Shown here: in pieces, positions 22,625-31,684 of the stretch
Layout of the letters: every line of letters starts with the position of its first letter
How positions within the stretch are numbered: position 1 is the stretch's first letter
NCBI GenBank assembly: GCA_963817785.1
Contig: CAWFPL010000007.1
Span: 338,598-402,597 of the forward strand
DNA: 64,000 nucleotides
Reading direction: 5' to 3'
From: an uncultured Pseudomonadota bacterium
GTDB taxonomy: Bacteria > Pseudomonadota > Gammaproteobacteria > Burkholderiales > SG8-39
The notes under the pieces: generated by a model
The model's database searches: none
Told to the model about the DNA's origin: nothing
Seen by the model: the letters and a program-made list of their open reading frames with translations, nothing else
Program-made: the position numbers and the translations under genes

Positions 22625-23263
22625 TCACGGCCCCGCCGCATGCCGAGCGTTCGACGGCCGCACTGGATGCGCATCGCCGCGCTTCGTGGCCGAGACCCCA
22701 ATCGCCTTCGTGGCGGCGGGTGAACTGGCCGGTTTGTGTTTGCGGCCGGACTTGCCCCGCAGGCGCTTGGAGACTTCGAGGCTTCCCCGGCAGGCGGGGC
22801 AGGTGTAGCCCGTAGCCCCTTCGTGCGCCTGGACCAACGTGTATGCGCGGCAGCGCGGCGCACTGCAATGTGCTACGCGAATTGTGCCGTCGGCTTGCCT
22901 GAACAGCTGCAGCAGACGCCAGGCCCGATCGATCGGCATGCGCGGGTCGCCCCACAGGCCGCAGTAGTGAGCGTAGGCCGCAATAAACGCCTCTCTCGTT
23001 TCCTTGATCTGGGGCGCGAGACACTGGTAGAGGCTGATAAAGGTTGCGGCGTGCAGGCGCATCACGGGCGCGAAGTAGTAGTCGTTGCTTCTCGGTGTCT
23101 GCCCCGAGGGCGAGGAGCGTCCCGTGATCTCCTCATAGAGTTGTCGCGCTTGCGGCAGCGACATGTCGAGGATCGCGGCGATAAGGCTTGCGCGCATGCC
23201 GCGTCGGATCAGCTCAGAGGCGAGCTGGCGGTGATGCACCTGGATTGAGCGATTCTTGATCAT
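22625..23263 (-). CDS. FlhC-like transcriptional activator subunit (SetD-like)
   Basis: Layout follows FlhC: an N-terminal helix region, then a C-terminal Cys cluster CSAPRC...CPAC. ATGA overlap with the upstream FlhD-like gene. Confidence 0.65.
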   Translation of the reverse strand: MIKNRSIQVHHRQLASELIRRGMRASLIAAILDMSLPQARQLYEEITGRSSPSGQTPRSNDYYFAPVMRLHAATFISLYQCLAPQIKETREAFIAAYAHYCGLWGDPRMPIDRAWRLLQLFRQADGTIRVAHCSAPRCRAYTLVQAHEGATGYTCPACRGSLEVSKRLRGKSGRKHKPASSPAATKAIGVSATKRGDAHPVRPSNARHAAGP

Positions 23264-23583
23264 GGGGTGGGTTCCCTCGGAAGCGTCTTCAGGAACGCGT
23301 GGAGCATATGGTTTGCGTCCAGCGTGCCATCGGCTAGGCGCCGCCACGTTTGCTCGTCCGTGAACCGCAGTTGGGCGACCAAGCAATCGGAATCCACCAC
23401 GGTCTGGAGGCTGCTGTATGCAACCGTGCGTAGCGCCTCGACCACCGGCTGCTCGATTCCGAGGAGTAGGGATGCCGCCATGCAGCTTCTGGAGAGCCGA
23501 ATGGCGAGGGAGATATACTCGCGGTTGAGCTGGCGGATTCGTTCCCGATCGGGTTTCTGGAGATCCAAGTTTTGGAGGTCCAC
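23260..23583 (-). CDS. FlhD-like transcriptional activator subunit (SetC-like)
   Basis: GTG start 5 nt after AGGAGG. IRQLNREYISLAIRL...LGIEQPVVEALR...LVAQLRF parallels E. coli FlhD. Confidence 0.6.
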   Translation of the reverse strand: MDLQNLDLQKPDRERIRQLNREYISLAIRLSRSCMAASLLLGIEQPVVEALRTVAYSSLQTVVDSDCLVAQLRFTDEQTWRRLADGTLDANHMLHAFLKTLPREPTP

Positions 23584-23597
23584 TTGTGCCTCCTGAT

Positions 23598-24707
23598 CTA
23601 GCGCCGCTTGGCCGATTTGACCTGAGGCTTCGCCCGAGTTCCCTGCTCGATCTGCGCGGCCAGGGTACGCAGGTGTTCGGCAACGCGGCGGCACTCGGCC
23701 TCGATGCGAGCATCGTTGCCGGCCATCGACAGCATGAGTGCCGCGGTGTACTTCGAGGCGAGCGCTTGGATGTCGGTCCGGAAGTTGACGAGGGCCTCGA
23801 GACCTGACTGCGCTCGCGCGCGCTGATCCTGCAGGGCGGCAAACTCGCGCCGCGCCACCTCCACGCCGGTCTGGGCCTTGGCGAGCTCGCCATCGACCTG
23901 GCGCAGGCGCTTTTCCTTGTCCTTGATGGCCGCCTCGACGGAAGCGTACCCGGGCGGGATTTTCGGGACTTCCCGCTCGATCACCTGTGGGTTTGCCCGT
24001 AGCGCAGCGATCGTGTTTTGGAGCTCGGCGTGCTCCGCGCCGAGTTGCGTGAGCTCGTCCGTGGCGCTTTGCAGCGCCTGCGCAACGCGCTCGGACTGCT
24101 CCTTCTGGCGCAGCATGGTCAATTCGAGCTGCTCGTACTTGGCGGTGCCCTGCTGCACCGCTTTGCGCGATTCGGTCAAGTCGCTCGCCACGTCTTCCTT
24201 TTCCGCTTCGACCTGCTCGATCGTGGCTTCGAGGCGCTTGATGGCGTCGTTCAGATCCGCAGGGGTGACGCGCTTGCCCTCGGCTGCCTGGCCGATGATG
24301 TCCTCGAGCACGCGCTCGGAGGTCTTGCCTTCGCCGAGTTTGTACAGGAGCGTGGAAGAGATGTTCTCGAGCACCGTGTGCTGGTCGCCCAAGCGCTGCT
24401 CGGCGAACTGGGTCGCCGCGACGATGCGCCGCGCGATCCGCGGGTCGAGCCCGCACTCGTATTCGCACACGGCATCGTAGTAGCCCGCGAGCTTGGCCTT
24501 GATCTGCATGAGCTGGCGCCCGATCTCGATCACCTCGTAGGCCGTGCGGCGCATCGACTCACGCACGCGCTGCACGTGGCCGGTTACTTCCGCGCGTAGC
24601 TGCGGATCTTTGATCTGCTGCAAGCTAAAGCTCTGAGCCTGCGGCTTGGCGCTTGGCGCGGGCACCTCCGTTTGCGCCGATGTGATGCTCACTACTTTGC
24701 TTGCCAT
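23598..24707 (-). CDS. coiled-coil protein with DUF3102-like N-terminal region
   Basis: 369-aa ORF from M11 of the track ORF. Long heptad-like E/Q/A/L-rich segment. Confidence 0.5.
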   Translation of the reverse strand: MASKVVSITSAQTEVPAPSAKPQAQSFSLQQIKDPQLRAEVTGHVQRVRESMRRTAYEVIEIGRQLMQIKAKLAGYYDAVCEYECGLDPRIARRIVAATQFAEQRLGDQHTVLENISSTLLYKLGEGKTSERVLEDIIGQAAEGKRVTPADLNDAIKRLEATIEQVEAEKEDVASDLTESRKAVQQGTAKYEQLELTMLRQKEQSERVAQALQSATDELTQLGAEHAELQNTIAALRANPQVIEREVPKIPPGYASVEAAIKDKEKRLRQVDGELAKAQTGVEVARREFAALQDQRARAQSGLEALVNFRTDIQALASKYTAALMLSMAGNDARIEAECRRVAEHLRTLAAQIEQGTRAKPQVKSAKRR

Positions 24708-24813
24708 CTCATTCCCCCGATGTTGATGGAGTTCCAATTAAATGACCGTGCCGAACCGGGCGGTACGGCGAAAGAGGCACCTTTTTACACAGGTTTCGGT
24801 GATCAACTCGCAT

Positions 24814-24828
24814 CCCCCCCCCCCCCCC
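24814..24828. repeat. homopolymeric C15 tract (G15 on the minus strand)
   Basis: Counted via track ORF 24672..24908 (S-P-P-P-P-R codons). Lies about 107-121 nt upstream of the start of the 23598..24707 gene. Confidence 0.9.
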
Positions 24829-25434
24829 GCGCAAGCGCGCTTTTCGTAATTTGCGGCTCCCGATGGCGCGCCTCGTCTGCGCTTGTGCGCCGGCCTCCAG
24901 CGGGATGAGTAGCGAGCAGCACACCTTGCGAGGTGTGGACGATTGAACCGCGCTCGTCAGCCGTCGCGAATGCCACGATTCCTCCACGATGAGGAAGCCT
25001 CTAGGGCATAAGCGCAGCTTCGCGAAGAAGCGAATCTGGACTGACGGCCCGTGTTTCGGACCGGCGGCCCCGCTACCATGTGCCCAGGGGGCAGTTAGGC
25101 CGGGAGCTTTGCGTCGCCGCCTTTCGGCGGCTTTGCCCTTAGCGTTAATTCCAAAATATGAAACAACCCGGCCGCTGCGCAACAAGAATTTGACAGTTCT
25201 GACAAAAGTTCACACTACGCTTTCTATTCCGCAAGAATTCCGCATCATCGAGGCCCGGCCGATCGCGACTCGGATACGCGAGGATTTACTAGGGCGCCTC
25301 GCTCTAGGCGCTTGCGGGAGGCCCACCCTTTGTCTTGCTTTCGCGACGCTCGTCGAGTCGTTATTGGATAAGGCGCGCATTTAGGCAACGATTCGAGAAT
25401 CACTCGGGACCCGGGACGCGAACAATGGGTCCGC

Positions 25435-26643
25435 ATGCAATTCAGCACTCGTCAGCCGCGTGAGCTGGTCGCGGATCTCGAAGCAAGCAGCGGCCTGGTA
25501 AGCCTCGTACGCGAGGCCTCGAGCGCACATGAGGTGTTCGAGCGCGACTACGGGGCGCCGATCGAGGCGCTCGCGGACTGGGTGCAGGCGCTGCCGGCCT
25601 GTCGTGAGCATCACTGCGACCCGGGCGGGCTTCTGCGTTACGCCTTGCAGGCCGGCTACTACGCGTTGCGACTCGCAGACGGCGTGGTCTTCGGCGCCGA
25701 GAGCGGGGCGGAAGCCCGCAGAGTTATCGAAATCGAGAGCCGGCGCGCGGCATTTCTCGCGGCGCTCGGTTCGAGCGTCGTGCTTGCGCACCAGAACCTG
25801 GCGGTGTGCTCGCGCGACGGCGAGGTGTGGTCAGAGTTTTCTCGGCCCCTGGCACTCGCGCGCTGGGTGAGTGAGCGGGGTGGATCCTACTCATTCAATT
25901 GGCGTGACGATCGCACCGAGCTGCCGCGTGCCCTCATCCTATGGCTCGCGGGAAAGTTCGTCGCGCCCTTTTTGGGTGGCCTGAGGCGCGACGTGGCGTA
26001 TGCCACCATGGCGGCGCTGTGCCCACATAGCGCCCCGCAAGGTGCGCCGCCGCCGCTGGAGCGCATCGTGCGCCAAGCGCTCGCGAGTTCTGTGGAAGTC
26101 GCTCAACGGGCGCAACGCGCTCGCTATGCGCGGCCGACCCAGGTCGCGGTGCCGAGTGCGGCAGAGGTCGCGGCGCACGTGCCAGAAGGCCCAGCAGCGC
26201 CAATCCAGGACTCGTACCCTGAAGCGAAGCACGAAGCCCTGCGGCGCGCACGGCCCCCCGAACCCGCGGAGCGCCAGACAAGGCCCGACGGCGCGGCACC
26301 GGGAGCGCAGGGCGCAAAGCCGGGACCGGCGCAATCGGAGCTCCATCTCGAGGGCGGCGTGAGCGAGCCTCTGGCGCCGCTACCCGCGTCAATGCGAGAG
26401 CTGCTGGACGTGCTGGCAGAGGACATCCGCACGAAGGAGAACGTGCGCAAGCGCGTGCGCTGGGATGACAGCGGCTGGCTCGTGATCGACCAGAATCTCC
26501 TCGGCGGCTATGGCATGGGCCCTGCGGCGGGCGTGGCCGCGACGCTCAAAAAGGCCAAGCTCGCCCGCGAGGGCAACGGTCGTACGCTCCACATCGTGGC
26601 GAGGATCGGCGAGCTCATTTTGCCGCGCTCGGAGGCGGCCTGA
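25435..26643 (+). CDS. traI: MobH-family (TraI_2-type) conjugative relaxase
   Basis: LPACREHHCDPGGLLRYALQAGYYALRL matches the HD-like HHH/GGL signature of TraI_2 relaxases. Directly upstream of the coupling protein. Confidence 0.6.
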   Translation: MQFSTRQPRELVADLEASSGLVSLVREASSAHEVFERDYGAPIEALADWVQALPACREHHCDPGGLLRYALQAGYYALRLADGVVFGAESGAEARRVIEIESRRAAFLAALGSSVVLAHQNLAVCSRDGEVWSEFSRPLALARWVSERGGSYSFNWRDDRTELPRALILWLAGKFVAPFLGGLRRDVAYATMAALCPHSAPQGAPPPLERIVRQALASSVEVAQRAQRARYARPTQVAVPSAAEVAAHVPEGPAAPIQDSYPEAKHEALRRARPPEPAERQTRPDGAAPGAQGAKPGPAQSELHLEGGVSEPLAPLPASMRELLDVLAEDIRTKENVRKRVRWDDSGWLVIDQNLLGGYGMGPAAGVAATLKKAKLAREGNGRTLHIVARIGELILPRSEAA

Positions 26644-26644
26644 G

Positions 26645-28483
26645 GTGGCGCAGCGCATTCAAGACATGTGGCGTCCGGCCTACGAGCAGTGGGCGGCGCT
26701 GGGCTGGGCGGTCGCGGCCCTGGTCGTATGCGTCGCGACCATTCCCTATCGGCCGATCGTCGCCCTGGTGTGCGCGCTGTTTGCCGCTTGGCGCGGCGCG
26801 CAGGCCGCAGGGATGTACCGCTTTCGCCTTGCGATCAGCGGGCAGCGGCTCGCTCGTGTGCCGCCCGAGCAGATGCTGGAGAAGACCGCTATGGCGCTCG
26901 GCCGGCAGCGTGGCCTGTGGCTCGGCCGCGGCTTTGCGTGGACCCCGCAGCATGCGCAGCTCGCGCGCCAGTTTACGGATCGCAACCCGGGCGAGATTCC
27001 GATGCTCCCGGAATGGCTACCGCGCATCGTGCGTAAGCTCCTGCTGCCAAGCGACGCGATCCTGGATCCGCATGTGACGCAGGGCGCTTCCTGGCTCCAC
27101 GGATTGGGCAGCGAGCGGGACCTCTTTCTGCCTTTGTCCGCGCTGCCCGGGCACACGTTGATCGTTGGTACGACCCGCTCGGGCAAGACCAGGCTCTACG
27201 AGCTCTTGACCTTCCAGGTGATCCACGCCGAGGCGACCCTGCTCGTGATCGATCCGAAGGGCGACGCCGACTGGGAGCGGCGCCTGCGCGCCGAATGCGA
27301 GCGCTGCGGCAGGGACTTCCTGTATTTCCATCTTGCGTTTCCATCACAGTCGATTCGGATCAATCCGCTTGCGAGCTGGAACAATCCTTCCGAGATCGCC
27401 TCGCGTATTTCGCAACTGCTCGCGGGCGAAGCGGGCGGGGACGGCTTTGTCGACTTCGCCGACTCGACGATCTCCCGGATCGTGAACGGCCAGGTGATGG
27501 TCGGTGAACGCCCGAGCCTGAAGTCGATCAAGCATTACGTCGAGCACGGCGTGGGAGAGCTCCTTGAGCGGTGCTTTCAGAAGTGGTTCGTGCCGCGCGA
27601 GGGCCCGAACTGGGACGCAGCGCTTGCGCCATACATCCAGAAGGCACCCTCCAGGGTGCACGCGATGGCCGCGTACTACGCCGAGCGCTACGTGCGGGGC
27701 ACGGGCGATTCGGACGAGGCGATCGACGGCCTAATCACCATTCTGCACTACGACAAGGACTGGTTCTCGCGGGTCATCGTGAGGCTCGTGCCGCTGCTTC
27801 AGCGCCTCGCGACCGGAGAGCTCGGCGAGCTGCTCTCGCCGGACGTGGCCGACCTCGACGATGCGCGTCCAGTGTACACGATGGAAAAAATCGTGAGCGG
27901 CAGAAAGGTGCTCTACATCGGGGCCGATATGCTCTCGAACAAGCTGGTCGGTTCGGCCGTGCTCTCGATGCTCCTTGCGGATCTCGCCGCGGTGGCGGGG
28001 GCGATGTACAACTTCGGCGGCAAGCAGGACGTGTATCTGTTCGTCGACGAGGCGGCCGAGGCGGTGAACGAGCAATTGATCCAGATCCAGAACAAGGGCG
28101 GGATGGCCGGATTTCGCGTGTTCCTCGCGACGCAGACTTGTGCGGACTTCGAGGCACGATTGGGCAAGCGCGCGAAGGCCACGCAGGTTTTTGGCAACAC
28201 GAACAACGTCATCGCCTTGAGGCTGCGCGATCACGACACCGCAAAGATGATCTCGGAGCTCTTTGGGGAAACGACGCTCTCGAAGATGAACGTCTCGCAC
28301 AGCTCCGGATCACACACCGAGGCGCTCGCGATCGAGTTCAAGGGCACTGTGAGCCGCACACTCAAGGAAGAGCGCGCGGCGCTCGTGGGCGCGGATGTAC
28401 TGATGCGCCTTCCGAATCTTCAGTATTTCGCGATGGTTGCCGGGGGAAACATCGTGAAGGGGCGATTGCCCGTCATCACGTAA
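26645..28483 (+). CDS. traD: type IV coupling protein (TraD/VirD4 family)
   Basis: GTG start 9 nt after GGAGG (alternative ATG at 26666). Two N-terminal TM helices, Walker A GTTRSGKT, Walker B VYLFVDEAAE. Confidence 0.85.
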   Translation: MAQRIQDMWRPAYEQWAALGWAVAALVVCVATIPYRPIVALVCALFAAWRGAQAAGMYRFRLAISGQRLARVPPEQMLEKTAMALGRQRGLWLGRGFAWTPQHAQLARQFTDRNPGEIPMLPEWLPRIVRKLLLPSDAILDPHVTQGASWLHGLGSERDLFLPLSALPGHTLIVGTTRSGKTRLYELLTFQVIHAEATLLVIDPKGDADWERRLRAECERCGRDFLYFHLAFPSQSIRINPLASWNNPSEIASRISQLLAGEAGGDGFVDFADSTISRIVNGQVMVGERPSLKSIKHYVEHGVGELLERCFQKWFVPREGPNWDAALAPYIQKAPSRVHAMAAYYAERYVRGTGDSDEAIDGLITILHYDKDWFSRVIVRLVPLLQRLATGELGELLSPDVADLDDARPVYTMEKIVSGRKVLYIGADMLSNKLVGSAVLSMLLADLAAVAGAMYNFGGKQDVYLFVDEAAEAVNEQLIQIQNKGGMAGFRVFLATQTCADFEARLGKRAKATQVFGNTNNVIALRLRDHDTAKMISELFGETTLSKMNVSHSSGSHTEALAIEFKGTVSRTLKEERAALVGADVLMRLPNLQYFAMVAGGNIVKGRLPVIT

Positions 28484-28500
28484 CTGGAGCGCGAGGCACC

Positions 28501-29043
28501 ATGCGAGAGCAACACCGGGCAAATAGCAAAATTTTGGGGCAGGCCTTACGCGCCATCGGCGCGCACGCGAGCGCGCAGCGCGCGTTCACGCTGTACCCCA
28601 ACGTGGAGGCCGCGGCCGGGCGGCTCATTCAGTTCCTGACCGAGCGCTTCCCGGGCCGCAGCGAAGCCTTCGTGCACGAGTGCCTGAGGAGCGCGTTCCG
28701 GGCGCTTGCCGAGGCGAGAGCGGCGAACGGCGGCGGCGAAGCCCTGGCGTTTCTCACGGCGCTAGTGGCCGATGCGCATGAGGTGGTCAAAAAGCGCGTC
28801 GGCGTGGACAACGGCCACGGCTTCACCTTCTGGGTCCCGTTCGAGGAACCGTTTAGCGAGTTTCTCGCGCGCTTGGGCAAGCGCCCCGACACGGTGGAGC
28901 TCGTGGTGCTCGATGAGCCCGTGCCAGGCGCGATCAACGAACGCACGGCTGCCGCGATGCTGGCGGTGCGCATCATGCCAGCGGCCGACGCCGACCGAGT
29001 TTGCGAGACCTATCTCGCATGCCGCTCGCAAGCGGCGGCGTAG
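28501..29043 (+). CDS. hypothetical ICE protein (180 aa)
   Basis: ATG at M311 of track ORF 27571..29043. Coding-like codon bias. No family recognised. Confidence 0.45.
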   Translation: MREQHRANSKILGQALRAIGAHASAQRAFTLYPNVEAAAGRLIQFLTERFPGRSEAFVHECLRSAFRALAEARAANGGGEALAFLTALVADAHEVVKKRVGVDNGHGFTFWVPFEEPFSEFLARLGKRPDTVELVVLDEPVPGAINERTAAAMLAVRIMPAADADRVCETYLACRSQAAA

Positions 29044-29052
29044 AGGTTCACC

Positions 29053-29676
29053 GTGGCCGCGCAAAGCCGATTCGGGCAGCACGTGCTCCTGTGGCTGCTG
29101 CTTCCGGTGGTGCTGGTCGTCGCCGTGCCCGCTATTCCGGACCCTGGCATCGCGAGAATTGCGCCTGAGGAGATCGCGGGCAACACGCGCCTGCTTGGGG
29201 CCCAGGCGAATAACGCGGCGATGCTGCGGGCGCGCGCGCTCTTTCAACGCGTCGCCGTACGCTCGGGGCTGCTCGCCTGGTCGTTTGCGACCTTCGCACC
29301 AGTGAGCTCCAGCCGCGTGAGGATCGCCCCGGGGCGCCGCGCAGCGACCGCCTACCTGCGGCGCGTGTGGTGGACCGTGTACAAAGGGTGCTACCGCTTT
29401 GAGATTGCCACGAGCTGGTTGATGGCAACGGGATTGGTCGTCGCGGCTGCGTTTCTGGATGGAACGGTGCGCCGACGCATCAAGTCTTTTGAGTTTGGGT
29501 ACTCCAATCCCGTGGCGTTCCACCTCTCGGCCCACGGCCTGGTCGGCCTGTCCGGGCTGTTATTCGCGCTTCCGTTTGTTCCCTTCGGGATCCAGCAGTG
29601 GGCCTGGCCCCTTTTGATCGTGGGGCTCGCGTTCGGTGCGTGGAAGGCTGCGGAGTCCTACCAGGCGGGCGCCTGA
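29053..29676 (+). CDS. integrating conjugative element membrane protein (DUF4400/TIGR03747-like)
   Basis: Several hydrophobic helices. Its position immediately after traD matches other ICEs. Confidence 0.5.
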   Translation: MAAQSRFGQHVLLWLLLPVVLVVAVPAIPDPGIARIAPEEIAGNTRLLGAQANNAAMLRARALFQRVAVRSGLLAWSFATFAPVSSSRVRIAPGRRAATAYLRRVWWTVYKGCYRFEIATSWLMATGLVVAAAFLDGTVRRRIKSFEFGYSNPVAFHLSAHGLVGLSGLLFALPFVPFGIQQWAWPLLIVGLAFGAWKAAESYQAGA

Positions 29677-29699
29677 ACACTGCTGAAGGTCGGCGCGCC

Positions 29700-29729
29700 A
29701 CCGGACATTATGTCCGGTGCTGTGGATAA
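29700..29729 (+). promoter_or_regulatory. 30-nt motif: 19-nt palindrome ACCGGACATTATGTCCGGT plus GTGGATAA (reverse complement of the DnaA-box core TTATCCAC), copy 1
   Basis: Read directly. 29 of 30 positions are identical to 60078..60107, in the same orientation. Confidence 0.6.
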
Positions 29730-30161
29730 ATCACTCCTATTTGGATAGTGATGCACACAGAAACAAGGCATTAGTTTTTTGCGGAAGCTGACGCGCAGCC
29801 TACCAAGCGATGCTGTGCAGCGCAAAAGCGCGTCGGCGTGACAGCCTGCGCGAAGCTTGCGTTTGCGTGGGCCACGGGCCGGAGTGCGGGAAGTGTCGAG
29901 GTGGTGCCGCCAAAGGGGCGAGCTGCGCATCAAACCCGTTCCCACGGCCTCAGCAAGCTTCTGCTGCGCGCTCCCGAGCTTGAGGCCAACGGTCGCTCGA
30001 GCGCCCGGCGCGATGATCCCCTCCACCATGAATGAACGGGCTTCCCGCGCGATGGGGTGAACCGCGGAAAGTGCAAAAAAACACGCGCGATTCACAAATG
30101 AGGGCGCGGCGCCGACGGCGATCATAGCCCTGCGTCGAATGCACAACGGAACGCGCTCACG

Positions 30162-30827
30162 ATGCACGAATCTACGTCACCGAAGCCAAATGCCGCCCGC
30201 CGTCGCTGGTTCGAGGTGTTCGGTGGTGTCCAAGTAGCGAACACCCGCCTCACGATTATCGCGCTGCTGCTTGGCGCAATCGCGCTCGCCGAGGCAGGCG
30301 CCATCGCGATGATGGCGCCGCTCAAGACCGTCGTGCCGTACGTGATCCGCGTGGACAAGGCAGGGGGCGTGTCGGCGCTTGCCGCCGCGGCGCAGCGTTT
30401 TCGCCCCGATCAAAACCAAATCGCCTATGGGCTGGCGCGCTGGGTGACTAACATGCTCACGCTCGATCGCTATCTCACGGGCGATTCTAAGCACAACAAC
30501 GTGCTCGACGCCTACCTCGACACGCGCGGCCTGGCGGCGCGCGAGTTCGACCAGTGGTTCCGCCAAGCCCAGCCCCTCAAGTCCGTGCGCGAAGATCCGA
30601 GCCTCACGCGTGTCGTACACATTCGCAACTGGGCGCAGGTGCAAGACGGCGAAATGATTTTCCGGGTGGAAACCGTGAGGCGTTCGATGAAGGAAAAGCC
30701 CGTCACGAAGCACCTGCAGATCGCCATCCACTACATCGTGGTGCCGCCTCAAACGCAGGAGCAGATCATGGCGAATCCGCTCGGGCTTTACGTCACGGAC
30801 TTCGCCATCACGGAGGATCTGAGCTGA
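30162..30827 (+). CDS. virB8: T4SS protein VirB8
   Basis: Single N-terminal TM helix followed by an NTF2-like VirB8 body (VVPYVIRVD...YGLARWV...). Confidence 0.8.
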   Translation: MHESTSPKPNAARRRWFEVFGGVQVANTRLTIIALLLGAIALAEAGAIAMMAPLKTVVPYVIRVDKAGGVSALAAAAQRFRPDQNQIAYGLARWVTNMLTLDRYLTGDSKHNNVLDAYLDTRGLAAREFDQWFRQAQPLKSVREDPSLTRVVHIRNWAQVQDGEMIFRVETVRRSMKEKPVTKHLQIAIHYIVVPPQTQEQIMANPLGLYVTDFAITEDLS

Positions 30828-31684
30828 TGCGCGCCGTTTCAGTCCTCGCCGCACTAGCGCTTGGGCTCGCAGCCTCCGGCCCCACACTCGCTGCCGTGCA
30901 TCGCTCACATCGTGACGCGCCGCTGCCGGGCGAGGCACCTGTGGCGCTCTGGCCGCAGGCAGACACTTCCCTCGCCGAGCCCGGCAAGACGAAGCTGGTG
31001 ACGTTCGTCTTTGGTCCGAACGACACCTACACCATCCTGTGCCTGCCGGGGGCGGTCACCGACATCGACCTGCGCCCGAGCGAACGGGTCCTCGCGCTTG
31101 CGCTCGGAGACAGCGTTCAATGGCAAGCGGAAAAAAAGGGCTCGCATCTGTTTCTGCGCCCGCTTCGGGCAGGGCTATTCACCTCGGCCACGCTCGTCAC
31201 GAGCGAGCGTACTTACGAGATGACGTTGCACTCGAGCGGCCCGGGCGGCACGTGGTACCAGCGCGTGAACTGGCGCTACCCCAACCTCGTCGTGATCGAG
31301 AGAAGCCAGGCGGCGCTTGCGCTCGCGGAAGGGCAGGGGAAAGCGAAGCACGCGCACGCGCATGTCGACGTAGGCCCGGCGCCACAGGGCATCCCAGTGG
31401 CTCGGCTCAACTTCAACTACACCGTGACGGGCGAAGCGCCCTTTCGGCCGACGCAGGTCTTCGACGATGGCACCTTCACGTACATCCGCTTCGGGCACAA
31501 ACCGCAAGAGATGCCGGCGCTGTTCGTAGAAACTCCAGACGGGCGTGACGAGCTTGCCGTGTACAACTTCGAGCCAAGCGATCCCGCTAACCCGAGCAGA
31601 GCACTCATCAAGGTGCAGCGGCTGTTCTACCGAGCGGTACTCAAGCTGGGCGGCGAAGAAGTACGAATCGCGCGTAACCGGTGA
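30827..31684 (+). CDS. virB9: T4SS outer-membrane core protein VirB9/TrbG
   Basis: Signal peptide MRAVSVLAALALGLAASG. CagX-like segment VTDIDLRPSERVLALALGD...WQ. ATGA-type overlap with virB8. Confidence 0.8.
   Translation: MRAVSVLAALALGLAASGPTLAAVHRSHRDAPLPGEAPVALWPQADTSLAEPGKTKLVTFVFGPNDTYTILCLPGAVTDIDLRPSERVLALALGDSVQWQAEKKGSHLFLRPLRAGLFTSATLVTSERTYEMTLHSSGPGGTWYQRVNWRYPNLVVIERSQAALALAEGQGKAKHAHAHVDVGPAPQGIPVARLNFNYTVTGEAPFRPTQVFDDGTFTYIRFGHKPQEMPALFVETPDGRDELAVYNFEPSDPANPSRALIKVQRLFYRAVLKLGGEEVRIARNR

Noticed and set aside
24989-25384. 131-aa ORF in the relaxase upstream region
   Set aside because: The composition is poor (Arg/Pro/Leu-rich), there is no start context, and it lies in what looks like a regulatory or oriT region.
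29722-29729. DnaA-box-like GTGGATAA as evidence for a replication origin
   Set aside because: I found only two isolated boxes, 30 kb apart, with no box cluster, no AT-rich unwinding element and no replication genes. I treat it as part of a regulatory motif instead.
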